NCBI GenBank assembly: GCA_017608345.1
Contig: JAFCGA010000002.1
Span: 79,023-143,022 of the forward strand
Reading direction: 5' to 3'
Length of the DNA stretch: 64,000 nt
Origin: Candidatus Pacearchaeota archaeon
Lineage (GTDB): Archaea > Nanobdellota > Nanobdellia > UBA10117 > JAFCGA01
The notes under the pieces were generated by a model, which did not search any database, was not told where the DNA came from, and saw only the letters and a list, made by a program, of their open reading frames with translations. Below, one piece after another: positions 29,979 through 38,938 of this stretch (position 1 is the first letter of the stretch; the number at the start of each line of letters is the position of its first letter). The position numbers and the translations under genes were made by a program.

Positions 29979-30018
29979 ACACGTCGGAAAACCACGATGT
30001 TGGTTACTTTCCTCGTGT
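29979..30018 (+). ncRNA. 40-nt conserved hairpin ACACGTCGGAAAACCACGATGTTGGTTACTTTCCTCGTGT in the L3 leader
   Basis: Nested stems ACACG/CGTGT, GGAAA/TTTCC and ACCA/TGGT. A near-identical copy sits at 56132-56171. Confidence 0.55.
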
Positions 30019-30055
30019 ATTTATCGCTATTGAAGCGATAAGGAACGCGATAAAC

Positions 30056-31045
30056 ATGGGACACAATAAACGACAAAGACCAAAGCGAGGCGCGAAGCAA
30101 TTCTGGCCGAGAGTCAGAGCTAAACGTATGTATCCGCGGATTCGCTCTTGGCAGAAGCATTCTCAAACTAAGTTATTGGGATTTGCTGGCTATAAGGCCG
30201 GTATGACACATATTCATTTCGTGGATAACCGTGCTAATTCTCCGACAAAGGGCGAGGAGATACGGATGCCCGTTACGGTTCTCGAAACCCCGTCGATTCA
30301 TATTCTTTCTGTTCGTTTATACCAAAAATCTGGTTATGGTCTTTCTTTAATTTCTGAAGCTTGGGCGGATACTCTAACTCAAGATCTCAAACGAAGGCTA
30401 AAATTACCTAAGAAGCGATCAAATAAACTTCAAGAGCTTGAAAAGCAGTTAGAAAAAGCAGCCGAAGTAAGAGTTTTAATTTATACACAACCGAAGTACA
30501 CTGGTTTTGGAAAGAAAAAACCAGACGTATTTGAGTTAGGGATCGGTGGAAGCGATCCAAAGGCTAAGTTTGATTTCGCAAAATCTATTCTGGGAACGGA
30601 TGTTCCACTGTCTCAAGTTTTCAAGGAAGGAGAAATCTTAGATGTCCACGCAATAACCAAAGGAAAAGGATTCCAAGGAGTAGTAAAGCGGTTTGGAGTA
30701 AAAATTCAGCCAAGAAAGGCAGAAACCAGAAGAAAGATCGGAACCCTTGGTCCATGGACGCCAAAGAACGTACCTTACTGGGTTCCAATGGCCGGTCAGA
30801 TGGGTTTCCACCCGCGGACAGAGTACAATAAGCATCTTCTAAAAATTGCAAACGCTAAAGATCAAGAAGTAACTCCGAATGGCGGATTTGTAAGATACGG
30901 GCAAGTCAAAGGAGATTATATCTTGGTTGCAGGATCCGTTCCTGGTCCGAAGAAGCGATTAATCACACTCACACATGCAACACGAGCGTACAAAACAATT
31001 CCCGCTCCAGAGAATGTAGAAATTAGTCGGAGGAGTCAGCAATGA
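30056..31045 (+). CDS. rpl3: 50S ribosomal protein L3 (uL3)
   Basis: N-terminus MGHNKRQRPKRG..FWPRVRA plus cluster position. Confidence 0.95.
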   Translation: MGHNKRQRPKRGAKQFWPRVRAKRMYPRIRSWQKHSQTKLLGFAGYKAGMTHIHFVDNRANSPTKGEEIRMPVTVLETPSIHILSVRLYQKSGYGLSLISEAWADTLTQDLKRRLKLPKKRSNKLQELEKQLEKAAEVRVLIYTQPKYTGFGKKKPDVFELGIGGSDPKAKFDFAKSILGTDVPLSQVFKEGEILDVHAITKGKGFQGVVKRFGVKIQPRKAETRRKIGTLGPWTPKNVPYWVPMAGQMGFHPRTEYNKHLLKIANAKDQEVTPNGGFVRYGQVKGDYILVAGSVPGPKKRLITLTHATRAYKTIPAPENVEISRRSQQ

Positions 31046-31791
31046 AAGCTGATATATATTCGCTAGCTAATACAAAAACAGCAAGCATAGATCTACCTCC
31101 GCAATTCCTAGAGCCAGTCAGAAAAGATCTGATTAAGCGAGCAGTGCTAGCAATTCAATCTCATAATCGACAGCCATATGGTGCTGATCCAAAAGCAGGA
31201 ACAAGGCAAGGTAAGGCAACTTCAAAGCGAAGAAATAGTTTTGGTACAGTTTATGGTCGCGGAGTTTCAAGAGTTAGAAGAAAGGCGATGTGGCATCGTG
31301 GTTCTCAGTTTGGCTGGGTAGCAGCTTTCATCGCAAACGCAACAAAAGGTAGAAAAGCATTCCCCCCAAAAGTAGAGAAAGTAATCAAAGAAAAAATTAA
31401 CAAAAAAGAACGAAGGAAGGCTATTCGATCAGCAATTGCAGCAGCAGACTCAAAAATAGTAGAAGATAAGTTAGAATCAATTGATAAAACTAAGAACTTT
31501 TTAAGCTCACTTAATCGACTTGGCTATGAGAAAGATCTTGGAGAAAGGAAAATCCGAGCCGGAAAAGGAACGCGGCGCGGAAGGAAATATCGAACTAGCA
31601 AAGGTCCGCTAATTGTAGTTTCTCAGGAATGCAAAGCAATGACTGCTGGAAGAAATATTCTCGGAGTAGACCTAGTCGAAGTTAAGAATCTGAATGCTGA
31701 ACTATTAGCTCCCGGAACAAACCCTGGAAGAAAAACAATTTGGACAAAGTCAGCAATTGAAAAATTAAGCAAGGAGAGTTTATTCATATAA
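31042..31791 (+). CDS. rpl4: 50S ribosomal protein L4 (uL4)
   Basis: Position after L3 with ATGA overlap; ..HNRQPYG..AGTRQG.. Confidence 0.9.
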   Translation: MKADIYSLANTKTASIDLPPQFLEPVRKDLIKRAVLAIQSHNRQPYGADPKAGTRQGKATSKRRNSFGTVYGRGVSRVRRKAMWHRGSQFGWVAAFIANATKGRKAFPPKVEKVIKEKINKKERRKAIRSAIAAADSKIVEDKLESIDKTKNFLSSLNRLGYEKDLGERKIRAGKGTRRGRKYRTSKGPLIVVSQECKAMTAGRNILGVDLVEVKNLNAELLAPGTNPGRKTIWTKSAIEKLSKESLFI

Positions 31792-31792
31792 A

Positions 31793-32053
31793 ATGGATCC
31801 ATATAAAATACTTCAATATCCACTAAGCACAGAAAAAGCAGTTAGGGAGATGGAATCAAGCAATTCTCTGCTTTTCGTAGTGTTCAGAAACGCGAAAAAG
31901 CAAGAGATTAAAAAGGCTACCGAAGAAGCTTTTGGTGTCAAAGTACTTAAAGTCAGAACATTGGTAGATCGAGAAAACAAGAAGCGAGCTTATATTCAGC
32001 TCTCGCCAGACACACCAGCTATTGATGTGACGACTAAATTAGGATTAATCTAA
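31793..32053 (+). CDS. rpl23: 50S ribosomal protein L23 (uL23)
   Basis: Size, position, and ..PLSTEKAVREME.. Confidence 0.9.
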   Translation: MDPYKILQYPLSTEKAVREMESSNSLLFVVFRNAKKQEIKKATEEAFGVKVLKVRTLVDRENKKRAYIQLSPDTPAIDVTTKLGLI

Positions 32054-32769
32054 TGGGAAAGAGAATTATATCACAACGTAGAGGAAGAGGATCACCTACT
32101 TACAAGTCTCCGAAGCATAGATTTGTTGGTGCAGTGGGCTTTACAGACTTCGCAACAGAAAAAATCGATGGCGAGGTAATCGAGTTGGTTAACTGCCCAG
32201 GACATTCAGCACCTTTAATGATCGTAGAATACGCGAACGGAAACGCTAGCTTACTTCCTGCACCAATCGGAATCCGGAAAGGCCAGTTTGTTCAGGCAGG
32301 TATGGGCTCAGGAGTTGCAGCTGGTAATGTGCTTTCGTTATCTGAGATTCCCACCGGTACAAAAATATCAAACATCGAAAGAGTACCTTTTGATAAAGGT
32401 CAGCTAGCAAGAACAGGTGGCTCGTCGGCATTAGTAGTTGGAAAGGAAGGAAAAAAAGTGCTAGTTAAAATGCCTTCAAAAAAGATTGTGAAATTTGATT
32501 CAAAATGCAGAGCTATGATTGGAAAAATAGCTGGCGGAGGAAGGCGCGAAAAACCATTCCTGAGAGCAGGAAGTAAATATCATGCTATGCGAGCTAAGAA
32601 TAAGCTATATCCGCGCGTTAGCGGAAATGCAATGAATGCGGTAGATCATCCGCATGGTTGTACTCACACACGTAATACTAAAAGATCAACGACTGTTTCA
32701 AGAAACACGCCACCTGGAGCAAAAGTTGGTTTAATCGCAGCTAGGAGAACTGGGAGGAAGAAGAAGTAA
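32053..32769 (+). CDS. rpl2: 50S ribosomal protein L2 (uL2)
   Basis: MGKRIISQRRGRGSPTY...NAVDHPHG. Confidence 0.95.
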   Translation: MGKRIISQRRGRGSPTYKSPKHRFVGAVGFTDFATEKIDGEVIELVNCPGHSAPLMIVEYANGNASLLPAPIGIRKGQFVQAGMGSGVAAGNVLSLSEIPTGTKISNIERVPFDKGQLARTGGSSALVVGKEGKKVLVKMPSKKIVKFDSKCRAMIGKIAGGGRREKPFLRAGSKYHAMRAKNKLYPRVSGNAMNAVDHPHGCTHTRNTKRSTTVSRNTPPGAKVGLIAARRTGRKKK

Positions 32770-32774
32770 TTACT

Positions 32775-33164
32775 ATGGCTAAAGAATTTTTCTACAGAGG
32801 CAGGAAAGCAGAAGAAATTGCTAGCATGAACCATAAAGAGTTCGCTCCACTGCTAAAAGCTCGTGCTCGGAGAAAGATCACTCGTGGACTAACTGATGTC
32901 GAAAAGAAACTACTTCTGCGAGTAAAAAAATTCAAAGACACTAAAAAGAAGATTAAGACGCAGTCAAGAGCAATGATTGTTCTTCCAGAGATGATCGGAG
33001 CAACAATTCACATCTACAACGGTAAGGATTATTTACCCGTTATTATCACTGTAGAAATGCTAGGTCATAGACTTGGCGAATTTGCATTAACTAGAAGGGA
33101 GGTTAAGCATAAAGCACCGGGTATCGGAGCTACTCGATCCAGTAAAGCGGTATCTGTTAAGTAA
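32775..33164 (+). CDS. rps19: 30S ribosomal protein S19 (uS19)
   Basis: ..IHIYNGKDYLPV...GHRLGEFALTR.. Confidence 0.95.
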   Translation: MAKEFFYRGRKAEEIASMNHKEFAPLLKARARRKITRGLTDVEKKLLLRVKKFKDTKKKIKTQSRAMIVLPEMIGATIHIYNGKDYLPVIITVEMLGHRLGEFALTRREVKHKAPGIGATRSSKAVSVK

Positions 33165-33796
33165 TGGCGTTTAAGGGAAGTTTCCAAGCATATGATAGCA
33201 AAACAATGGCAAAAGTAGTTGGGACTCACCTTCCGATTTCCTCAAAAAACTCACGCGAAATAGCTAGAGTGATTGCAGGCATGAATCTAGATGCTGCGAT
33301 TAAATACCTCGAGGATGTAATGGACAAGAAGCGTGCAGTTCCATACAAGCGATATAATCGAGATACTCCGCATCGAAAAGGAAATGGTTTCGGAGCAGGC
33401 AGATTTCCAAATAAGTCAAGCATGTTCATCATTAATTTACTAAAATCCTTAAAGGCAAACGCTTCAGATAAATCGCTTGATTCAGATAATCTGCAAATCG
33501 TTCACGTTGCAGCACAGCGAGGATCAGTTTTATGGCACTATGGGCGATTGAGAGGTCGGAGAAGAAAATGTACTCACTTCGAAGCCATTGCTAAAGCAAT
33601 AGATAAACCAAAAAAAGACGTAAAGACGATGGATAAGAAAGCAATTCCGAAAGAGATAAAGGAAAAGGTTAGTCCGGAAGTTAAAGTGGAAAAACCAGCA
33701 CAGAAAAAAGAAGAAATTAAGGTTGCGGCACCGAAAGTTGAGAATAAACCAGCGCTAAAGAAAAAAGAAAACGCTACAGTGGAGAATAAAAAATGA
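33164..33796 (+). CDS. rpl22: 50S ribosomal protein L22 (uL22) with a K/E-rich C-terminal tail
   Basis: Core matches archaeal L22 (..SSKNSREIARVIAGM..); about 65 extra low-complexity residues. Confidence 0.9.
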   Translation: MAFKGSFQAYDSKTMAKVVGTHLPISSKNSREIARVIAGMNLDAAIKYLEDVMDKKRAVPYKRYNRDTPHRKGNGFGAGRFPNKSSMFIINLLKSLKANASDKSLDSDNLQIVHVAAQRGSVLWHYGRLRGRRRKCTHFEAIAKAIDKPKKDVKTMDKKAIPKEIKEKVSPEVKVEKPAQKKEEIKVAAPKVENKPALKKKENATVENKK

Positions 33797-34623
33797 TTGA
33801 GCGAGAATTTATCAAAAACAAAGTCCGGGATCTTAATATACAGAAGGAAATCGGATTCATCGTCAAGAAGAATGCAAGTATAGGTAGTATTATTGTTGAA
33901 AAAACACCATTGAGCGAGACTATAACTATTGATGCAGTTAGACCCGGAATAATAATCGGTAGACGCGGAGAAGTAATAAAGAGGATAACTTCGGAGATTA
34001 AGCGTAAATATAAGTTAGATAATCCTCAGATTAAAGTTCGAGAAATCGCACAGCCATTCTTAAACGCACGAGCAGTAGCAGAGAGAATTGCATCGACTCT
34101 GGAACGATTCGGGTCAGCTAGATTCAAGTCAACAGGACACAGATCTGTTTCCTCGATCTTGTCTGCAGGTGCGTTGGGTGCAGAAATCATACTTTCAGGT
34201 AAATTGCCAGGTAAGCGAGCAAGATCTTGGCGATTTTATGATGGGTACATGAAGAAATGCGGTGAGATTTCAGATGTTTATGTTGATAAGGCAATAGAAT
34301 ATGCTACCCTCCCTTCAGGAGTTATCGGGATAAAGGTTAGCATAATGCGAGAAGATGTTCCGCTTCCAGATAAAATTACTATTTTCGAGCCGAAAGAAAG
34401 CGTAGAAGAAATACCTAAAATCGCTATCAAGGCTGCTGAAAAAACCGAAACTAAGCTAGCGGCCGCTGAACAAATAAAAAAATCAGAAGCGGCGACAGTA
34501 AATGCGGAACCCGCTAAAAAAGCAGTAGTTGTCAAGAAAACTGTAGCTAAGAAAGAAAGTAGTTCGAAATTAAAAGTAATTATCAGTAAAGCAACTACGG
34601 AAAAGGAAACCAAAAAGAAGTAA
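33793..34623 (+). CDS. rps3: 30S ribosomal protein S3 (uS3) with a K/A-rich C-terminal tail
   Basis: KH domain ..GIIIGRRGEVIKRI..; position. Confidence 0.95.
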   Translation: MIEREFIKNKVRDLNIQKEIGFIVKKNASIGSIIVEKTPLSETITIDAVRPGIIIGRRGEVIKRITSEIKRKYKLDNPQIKVREIAQPFLNARAVAERIASTLERFGSARFKSTGHRSVSSILSAGALGAEIILSGKLPGKRARSWRFYDGYMKKCGEISDVYVDKAIEYATLPSGVIGIKVSIMREDVPLPDKITIFEPKESVEEIPKIAIKAAEKTETKLAAAEQIKKSEAATVNAEPAKKAVVVKKTVAKKESSSKLKVIISKATTEKETKKK

Positions 34624-34832
34624 TGGCAATACTTAGATATAAAGAAATAGTTAAAATGGGAGAAAAAGAGCTAGATAATAAGTCAACTGAGCTCAAGAAA
34701 GAGCTAATGAAAGTTCGATCTCAAGTAGCTACTGGAACTCCACCAGAGAACCCCGGTAGAATACGGGAAATTCGAAGAACCATGGCTAGAATTAATACTC
34801 TAAGAACAATTAGGGAGGTACAAAACAAATAA
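34623..34832 (+). CDS. rpl29: 50S ribosomal protein L29 (uL29)
   Basis: Size, position, and ..ELKKELMKVRSQ.. Confidence 0.9.
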   Translation: MAILRYKEIVKMGEKELDNKSTELKKELMKVRSQVATGTPPENPGRIREIRRTMARINTLRTIREVQNK

Positions 34833-35141
34833 ATGAGTGATATATGTCCTGTTTGCGGTTTACCAAAGGACCTCTGCATGTGCTCTGCGGTTGCTAAGGA
34901 AAAACAGAAAGTCCTAATAAAGCTTGACAAGCGTCGATACGGTAAGCTTTTGACGCTTATCGAAGGGATCGATAAAAAACAAGTTAACATCAAGGATCTT
35001 GCAAAGCAACTCAAGGGAAAACTTGCATGTGGCGGAACAGTTAAGGATAGCACGATTGAGCTTCAAGGAAGTCATAAAAACGCTGTGAAGAGAATCTTGC
35101 TGACGCTTGGTTTCACCGAAGATTCAATTGAAATAAGGTAA
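34833..35141 (+). CDS. Translation factor SUI1/aIF-1
   Basis: N-terminal CPVCGLPKDLCMC knuckle plus SUI1 fold ..KLACGGTVKD..IELQG.. Confidence 0.9.
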   Translation: MSDICPVCGLPKDLCMCSAVAKEKQKVLIKLDKRRYGKLLTLIEGIDKKQVNIKDLAKQLKGKLACGGTVKDSTIELQGSHKNAVKRILLTLGFTEDSIEIR

Positions 35142-35158
35142 GCTGCGAGGAGAAAAAT

Positions 35159-35422
35159 ATGATAACACCACAAACTATAATTCGACACGAGCTAATCGGA
35201 TTGCGGGCTGAAGTCAAGCAAGCAAAAAACAAAGCCGCGATCGGAATTCGAGGCGTGATCACCGATGAAACTCAGAATACGCTTGAGGTCGAAGGTAAGA
35301 AAGTGTTCAAGGCAGGCTCTGAATTCCAAGTAGAGCTGCCAAATAAAGTGAAAGTATTGGTCGCTGGAGATAACCTCAAAATGCGACCTTGGGAACGGAT
35401 TAAAAAACGGAGAAATGGTTGA
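35159..35422 (+). CDS. rnp1: RNase P protein component 1 (Rpp29/Pop4)
   Basis: HELIGLRAEV..IGIRGVITDETQNTLEV; canonical position before S17. Confidence 0.85.
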   Translation: MITPQTIIRHELIGLRAEVKQAKNKAAIGIRGVITDETQNTLEVEGKKVFKAGSEFQVELPNKVKVLVAGDNLKMRPWERIKKRRNG

Positions 35423-35879
35423 AGCAAAGAAAACAAAATCAAAAGTCGAGAAGAAAACAGCTAGCCCTGCTAAGCCAAAGGTACAAAAGAAACCTGCTGA
35501 AGCGAAACCAAACGCAGTAGCTAAGAAAGCTACGGTGCCGAAAGTGGCTAAAAAATCAGCAAAAGTAGTAATTCCAAAAGCTCCTGAGACGGAAGGAGTA
35601 TGCGAAGATAGGCACTGCGCAGTTCACAAGCATATGAGCGTACGCGGTAGAGTGTTCATTGGAACTGTAATTAAAGATAAAATGAATAAATCAATTGTTG
35701 TTGAGTGGCCACGAAGGGTCTTAATTAGAAAATATGAGCGGTATGCGAAAAAGCGCTCTCGAGTTTCAGCTCACAATCCTAAATGTATTACTGCTAAGGT
35801 CGGCGACCGAGTAAAAATCGCTGAATGTAGACCAATTTCAAAGACTAAGAAATTTGTAGTTGTGGAGGTGCTGAAATGA
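35415..35879 (+). CDS. rps17: 30S ribosomal protein S17 (uS17) with a roughly 55-aa K/A/P-rich N-terminal extension
   Basis: Core ..VRGRVFIGTVIKDKMNKSIVVEW... Confidence 0.9.
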   Translation: MVEAKKTKSKVEKKTASPAKPKVQKKPAEAKPNAVAKKATVPKVAKKSAKVVIPKAPETEGVCEDRHCAVHKHMSVRGRVFIGTVIKDKMNKSIVVEWPRRVLIRKYERYAKKRSRVSAHNPKCITAKVGDRVKIAECRPISKTKKFVVVEVLK

Positions 35880-36232
35880 GCCCGTTCAAATATGATCCTG
35901 TTGAAGTAGCAAGATTAGACGCAGAACGCTGGAAAGCGATAGATGATAAGAATATAGAAAATATTATAGCGGTTGCTACTAAGTTTTACACGGCTCGTTA
36001 TGGTATTTCTGAGAAATCTGCATCAGAACTAACTAATATTCGAACTGAAGCAGCAATGTGCAGAAGAAATGAAAATTATGATGGCGCAGCAGAGCATCTG
36101 ATTCGATTTTATACTCAATTACAAGAGATAATGAGAAAATCAGGAGAAGAAAATGCTACAGGCGTACGAGCTACAGAGTTAGTTGGTAGGATGAATCAAG
36201 CTGAGAAACATTACAGAGATCTTGAAAGATGA
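35876..36232 (+). CDS. Hypothetical 118-aa non-basic protein inserted between S17 and L14
   Basis: ATGA overlaps at both ends. Predicted all-helical, with no ribosomal protein signature. Confidence 0.6.
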   Translation: MSPFKYDPVEVARLDAERWKAIDDKNIENIIAVATKFYTARYGISEKSASELTNIRTEAAMCRRNENYDGAAEHLIRFYTQLQEIMRKSGEENATGVRATELVGRMNQAEKHYRDLER

Positions 36233-36633
36233 AAGCAATAAAATCAAAAGTATCCAAAGGGCTCCCAATAGGAGCTTACGTGAATGTTGTAGATAATTCT
36301 GGAGCTAGAATTATGCAAGTAGTTAGCGTAAGAGGATACAAGACAAGAACAAGAAAGCTAGCTGAGGCAGGTGTTGGAGATAGAATTACTGCAGCTGTAA
36401 CTTCAGGGAAGCCAGATATTAAGCACAAAGTTGTGCACGCAGTAATTGTTCGGCAGAGAAAGCCGTACCATCGCCCAGACGGCACGCGAGTAAAGTTCGA
36501 AGATAATGCAGGAATCATACTCAAAGATATCAAATTAGGTATGCCCAAAGGAACAGTAATAAAGGGTCCAATAGCAAAGGAGGTAGCAGTCCGCTGGGCT
36601 AATGTAGCTAAGATTGCTAGTATGGTATTATGA
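36229..36633 (+). CDS. rpl14: 50S ribosomal protein L14 (uL14)
   Basis: ..VVDNSGARIMQVVSV... Confidence 0.95.
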   Translation: MKAIKSKVSKGLPIGAYVNVVDNSGARIMQVVSVRGYKTRTRKLAEAGVGDRITAAVTSGKPDIKHKVVHAVIVRQRKPYHRPDGTRVKFEDNAGIILKDIKLGMPKGTVIKGPIAKEVAVRWANVAKIASMVL

Positions 36634-36944
36634 CAGAGATGAGACTAACTGCTGACGACTTTCCTGGAAAGAAGAGGAGTGAGCCAATTAACACAGATGA
36701 ACTAATGAGTGAAATTGGTCGTAAATGCGAATTATTGTTTAACAATGACGAATTAGAGCAAGTCAAAGCAGGCAACAGCGGAAAGATCGGGATCTATGGT
36801 ATGAATCGGCATACCTTAGAGATTGCAAGAATAGCTATTGTCGATACGGATATAGATTGCCTTGATTTCAAGACCGCTGAACCATGGGAAAGAGTATATT
36901 GCCAAACATTTGGTGACCGAAGATATGGGGGCACAGTAAATTAG
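36630..36944 (+). CDS. Hypothetical 104-aa acidic protein inserted between L14 and L24
   Basis: ATGA overlap with the L14 stop. Its own stop abuts the L24 ATG directly. Confidence 0.6.
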   Translation: MTEMRLTADDFPGKKRSEPINTDELMSEIGRKCELLFNNDELEQVKAGNSGKIGIYGMNRHTLEIARIAIVDTDIDCLDFKTAEPWERVYCQTFGDRRYGGTVN

Positions 36945-37346
36945 ATGAGAAAGAAATTCAGTCTGAGCTGGAATAGCTCAAAACAGCCCAGGAAACAACG
37001 CAAATACAAATTCAACGCTCCGCTGCACATCAGACACAAGCTAATGGCAGCTCATTTATCAGAAGAGCTAAGGAAAAAGCACAAGAAGAGAAGCTTTCCA
37101 GTTAGAAAAAAGGACAAAGTCAAGATCCTACGGGGTCAATTCAAGGGAATCATGGGAGAAATCGAAGAAGTTAACCTTAAAAAGTACAAAGTTTACGTAA
37201 AAGGAGCTGAAATCGATAGAGGCGAAGGAAGAAAGATAAGATATCCAATATCCCCTTCAAATTTAATCATACTCACATTGAATTTAGACGATAAGCGTAG
37301 AAAAGCTGCACTTGAGCGAAGTAATTCGAAGGAGGAAAAGAAATGA
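36945..37346 (+). CDS. rpl24: 50S ribosomal protein L24 (uL24)
   Basis: KOW motif ..VRKKDKVKILRGQFKG.. Confidence 0.9.
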   Translation: MRKKFSLSWNSSKQPRKQRKYKFNAPLHIRHKLMAAHLSEELRKKHKKRSFPVRKKDKVKILRGQFKGIMGEIEEVNLKKYKVYVKGAEIDRGEGRKIRYPISPSNLIILTLNLDDKRRKAALERSNSKEEKK

Positions 37347-38056
37347 GCAAAAAGCAACACCTAAGTAGGCTAGCAGCGCCGAAAAGCTGGCCAATAAAGC
37401 GAAAAGGAATCAAGTGGGTAGCGAAGCCTACTCCCGGCCCGCATAAATTGCAAGACTCAATGCCGCTTGTCGTAGTACTGCGAGAAATATTAAAAGTAAC
37501 TAAGGATTCAAAAGAAGTAAAATATCTTGTGAGAAATAAGGAAATATTAGTTAATAGTCGGGTTGTTAGAGATATAAAATTAAGTGTTGGATTATTCGAT
37601 ATAATTTCGCTATCTAAGTTAAAACTGCATTACCGAATGGTATTGAGCAAGAATGGTAAGTTTAGATTAATTGAAATCCCTGAGAAAGAATCCGCTTCAG
37701 TGCCGCTTAAAGTAGATAATAAAGTAAGTCTCGGAAAAGATAAGATTCAGATTAATTTTACTAACGGCTGGAACCTTATATCTAAAGAAAAAATTAAGGT
37801 TGGCGATTCAGTTTTGTTTAATGCTAGCACAAACAAGATCGATGCTAAATTACCTTCGGATAAAGGTGTTACAGCATATGTTACTGGCGGTAGACACAGC
37901 GGAGTCGTTGGTAATATTGCAGATGTTCAAAGTATTGGCGAATTCAAGAAGCGAAAGATTGTTTCGATTGCCGTATCTAAAGATGAGACAATAGCTACTG
38001 ATTCTTCACATATATTTATTGTTGGAGGCGCTAAGGCTGCGATTAAAGTAGAATGA
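37343..38056 (+). CDS. rps4e: 30S ribosomal protein S4e
   Basis: MSKKQHLSRLAAPKSWPIKRKG.. Confidence 0.95.
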   Translation: MSKKQHLSRLAAPKSWPIKRKGIKWVAKPTPGPHKLQDSMPLVVVLREILKVTKDSKEVKYLVRNKEILVNSRVVRDIKLSVGLFDIISLSKLKLHYRMVLSKNGKFRLIEIPEKESASVPLKVDNKVSLGKDKIQINFTNGWNLISKEKIKVGDSVLFNASTNKIDAKLPSDKGVTAYVTGGRHSGVVGNIADVQSIGEFKKRKIVSIAVSKDETIATDSSHIFIVGGAKAAIKVE

Positions 38057-38089
38057 AGCGAATTAATTTAAGCGAGGAGATAATTCGCT
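38057..38089 (+). promoter_or_regulatory. Hairpin AGCGAATTA...TAATTCGCT directly after the S4e stop
   Basis: 9-bp stem. One of the few non-coding gaps inside the cluster; the stem sequence recurs at 41529-41550. Confidence 0.4.
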
Positions 38090-38134
38090 ACCTCTCAATT
38101 GTTCTTTTAGAGCGTAAATCCCCGCGTAATTAAG

Positions 38135-38686
38135 ATGACTGCAGATAAGAAACCAGAGATAAAGAAGAAAGCAACTAGCTCGGGCAATAAAATGCGAGAG
38201 ATAAAGGTGGCTAAAGTTACAATTAATATGGGAATTGGTGCAGATCAAGATAAAATAGAGGTTGCAGCTAAGCTGCTGGAAAATATTGCGGGTAAGAAAC
38301 CGGTAAAGACCTTGTCTAAGAAGCGGATTGCTACTTGGAAGATTCGACCAGGTCTGCCGTTAGGGTGGAAAGTTACAGTAAGAAATAAGCAAGCTCTTCA
38401 GCTCCTTTTACGATTACTTAAGGCTATCGATTTTAAGATTAAAAAATCAAGTTTCAATACAAATGGATTTTCATTCGGAATAAAAGAGTATATCGACATT
38501 CCTAATGCGAAATATGATCCAAAAGTAGGAATTATCGGAATGGATGTTTGTGTTACATTAGAACGTCCGGGATTTAGAATAGCAAGAAGAAAATTATTGC
38601 AGAAAAAGATTCCGGCGAAGCACATAATAAATAAAGATGATGCTCGGAAATTTGCTGAGGAAAAATTAGGAGTAATTGTGGAATGA
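38135..38686 (+). CDS. rpl5: 50S ribosomal protein L5 (uL5)
   Basis: ..MREIKVAKVTINMGIG... Confidence 0.95.
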   Translation: MTADKKPEIKKKATSSGNKMREIKVAKVTINMGIGADQDKIEVAAKLLENIAGKKPVKTLSKKRIATWKIRPGLPLGWKVTVRNKQALQLLLRLLKAIDFKIKKSSFNTNGFSFGIKEYIDIPNAKYDPKVGIIGMDVCVTLERPGFRIARRKLLQKKIPAKHIINKDDARKFAEEKLGVIVE

Positions 38687-38901
38687 GACGAATTGGTATA
38701 GAGAAAATAACTGTTGGAAAAACAAAGCTAAAGCGTTTTCTAAGGCACAACTCAAAAAAGGAGCGTAAATTCGGTTCAGATCTAGTTCGCTGTAATCTCT
38801 GCGGTACTTCACGTGCGGTGATTCATAAATACAAATTAGATATTTGTAGGCGCTGTTTTAAGGAAGTAGCGCTGAAGATCGGATTTAGGAAGTTAAAATG
38901 A
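38683..38901 (+). CDS. rps14: 30S ribosomal protein S14 (uS14, zinc type)
   Basis: CNLCG..CRRCF zinc knuckle; position. Confidence 0.85.
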   Translation: MRRIGIEKITVGKTKLKRFLRHNSKKERKFGSDLVRCNLCGTSRAVIHKYKLDICRRCFKEVALKIGFRKLK

Positions 38902-38938
38902 TTCAAATTAAAATTAAAAGTTCAGAGGAGAAAGTAAA

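Noticed and set aside
29877-30055. Interpretation of the rpl3 upstream duplication plus hairpin as a spliced mRNA intron
   Set aside because: rpl3 is complete and in frame from its own ATG at 30056, and I could not draw BHB junctions joining the two copies. I report it as a uORF/leader instead.
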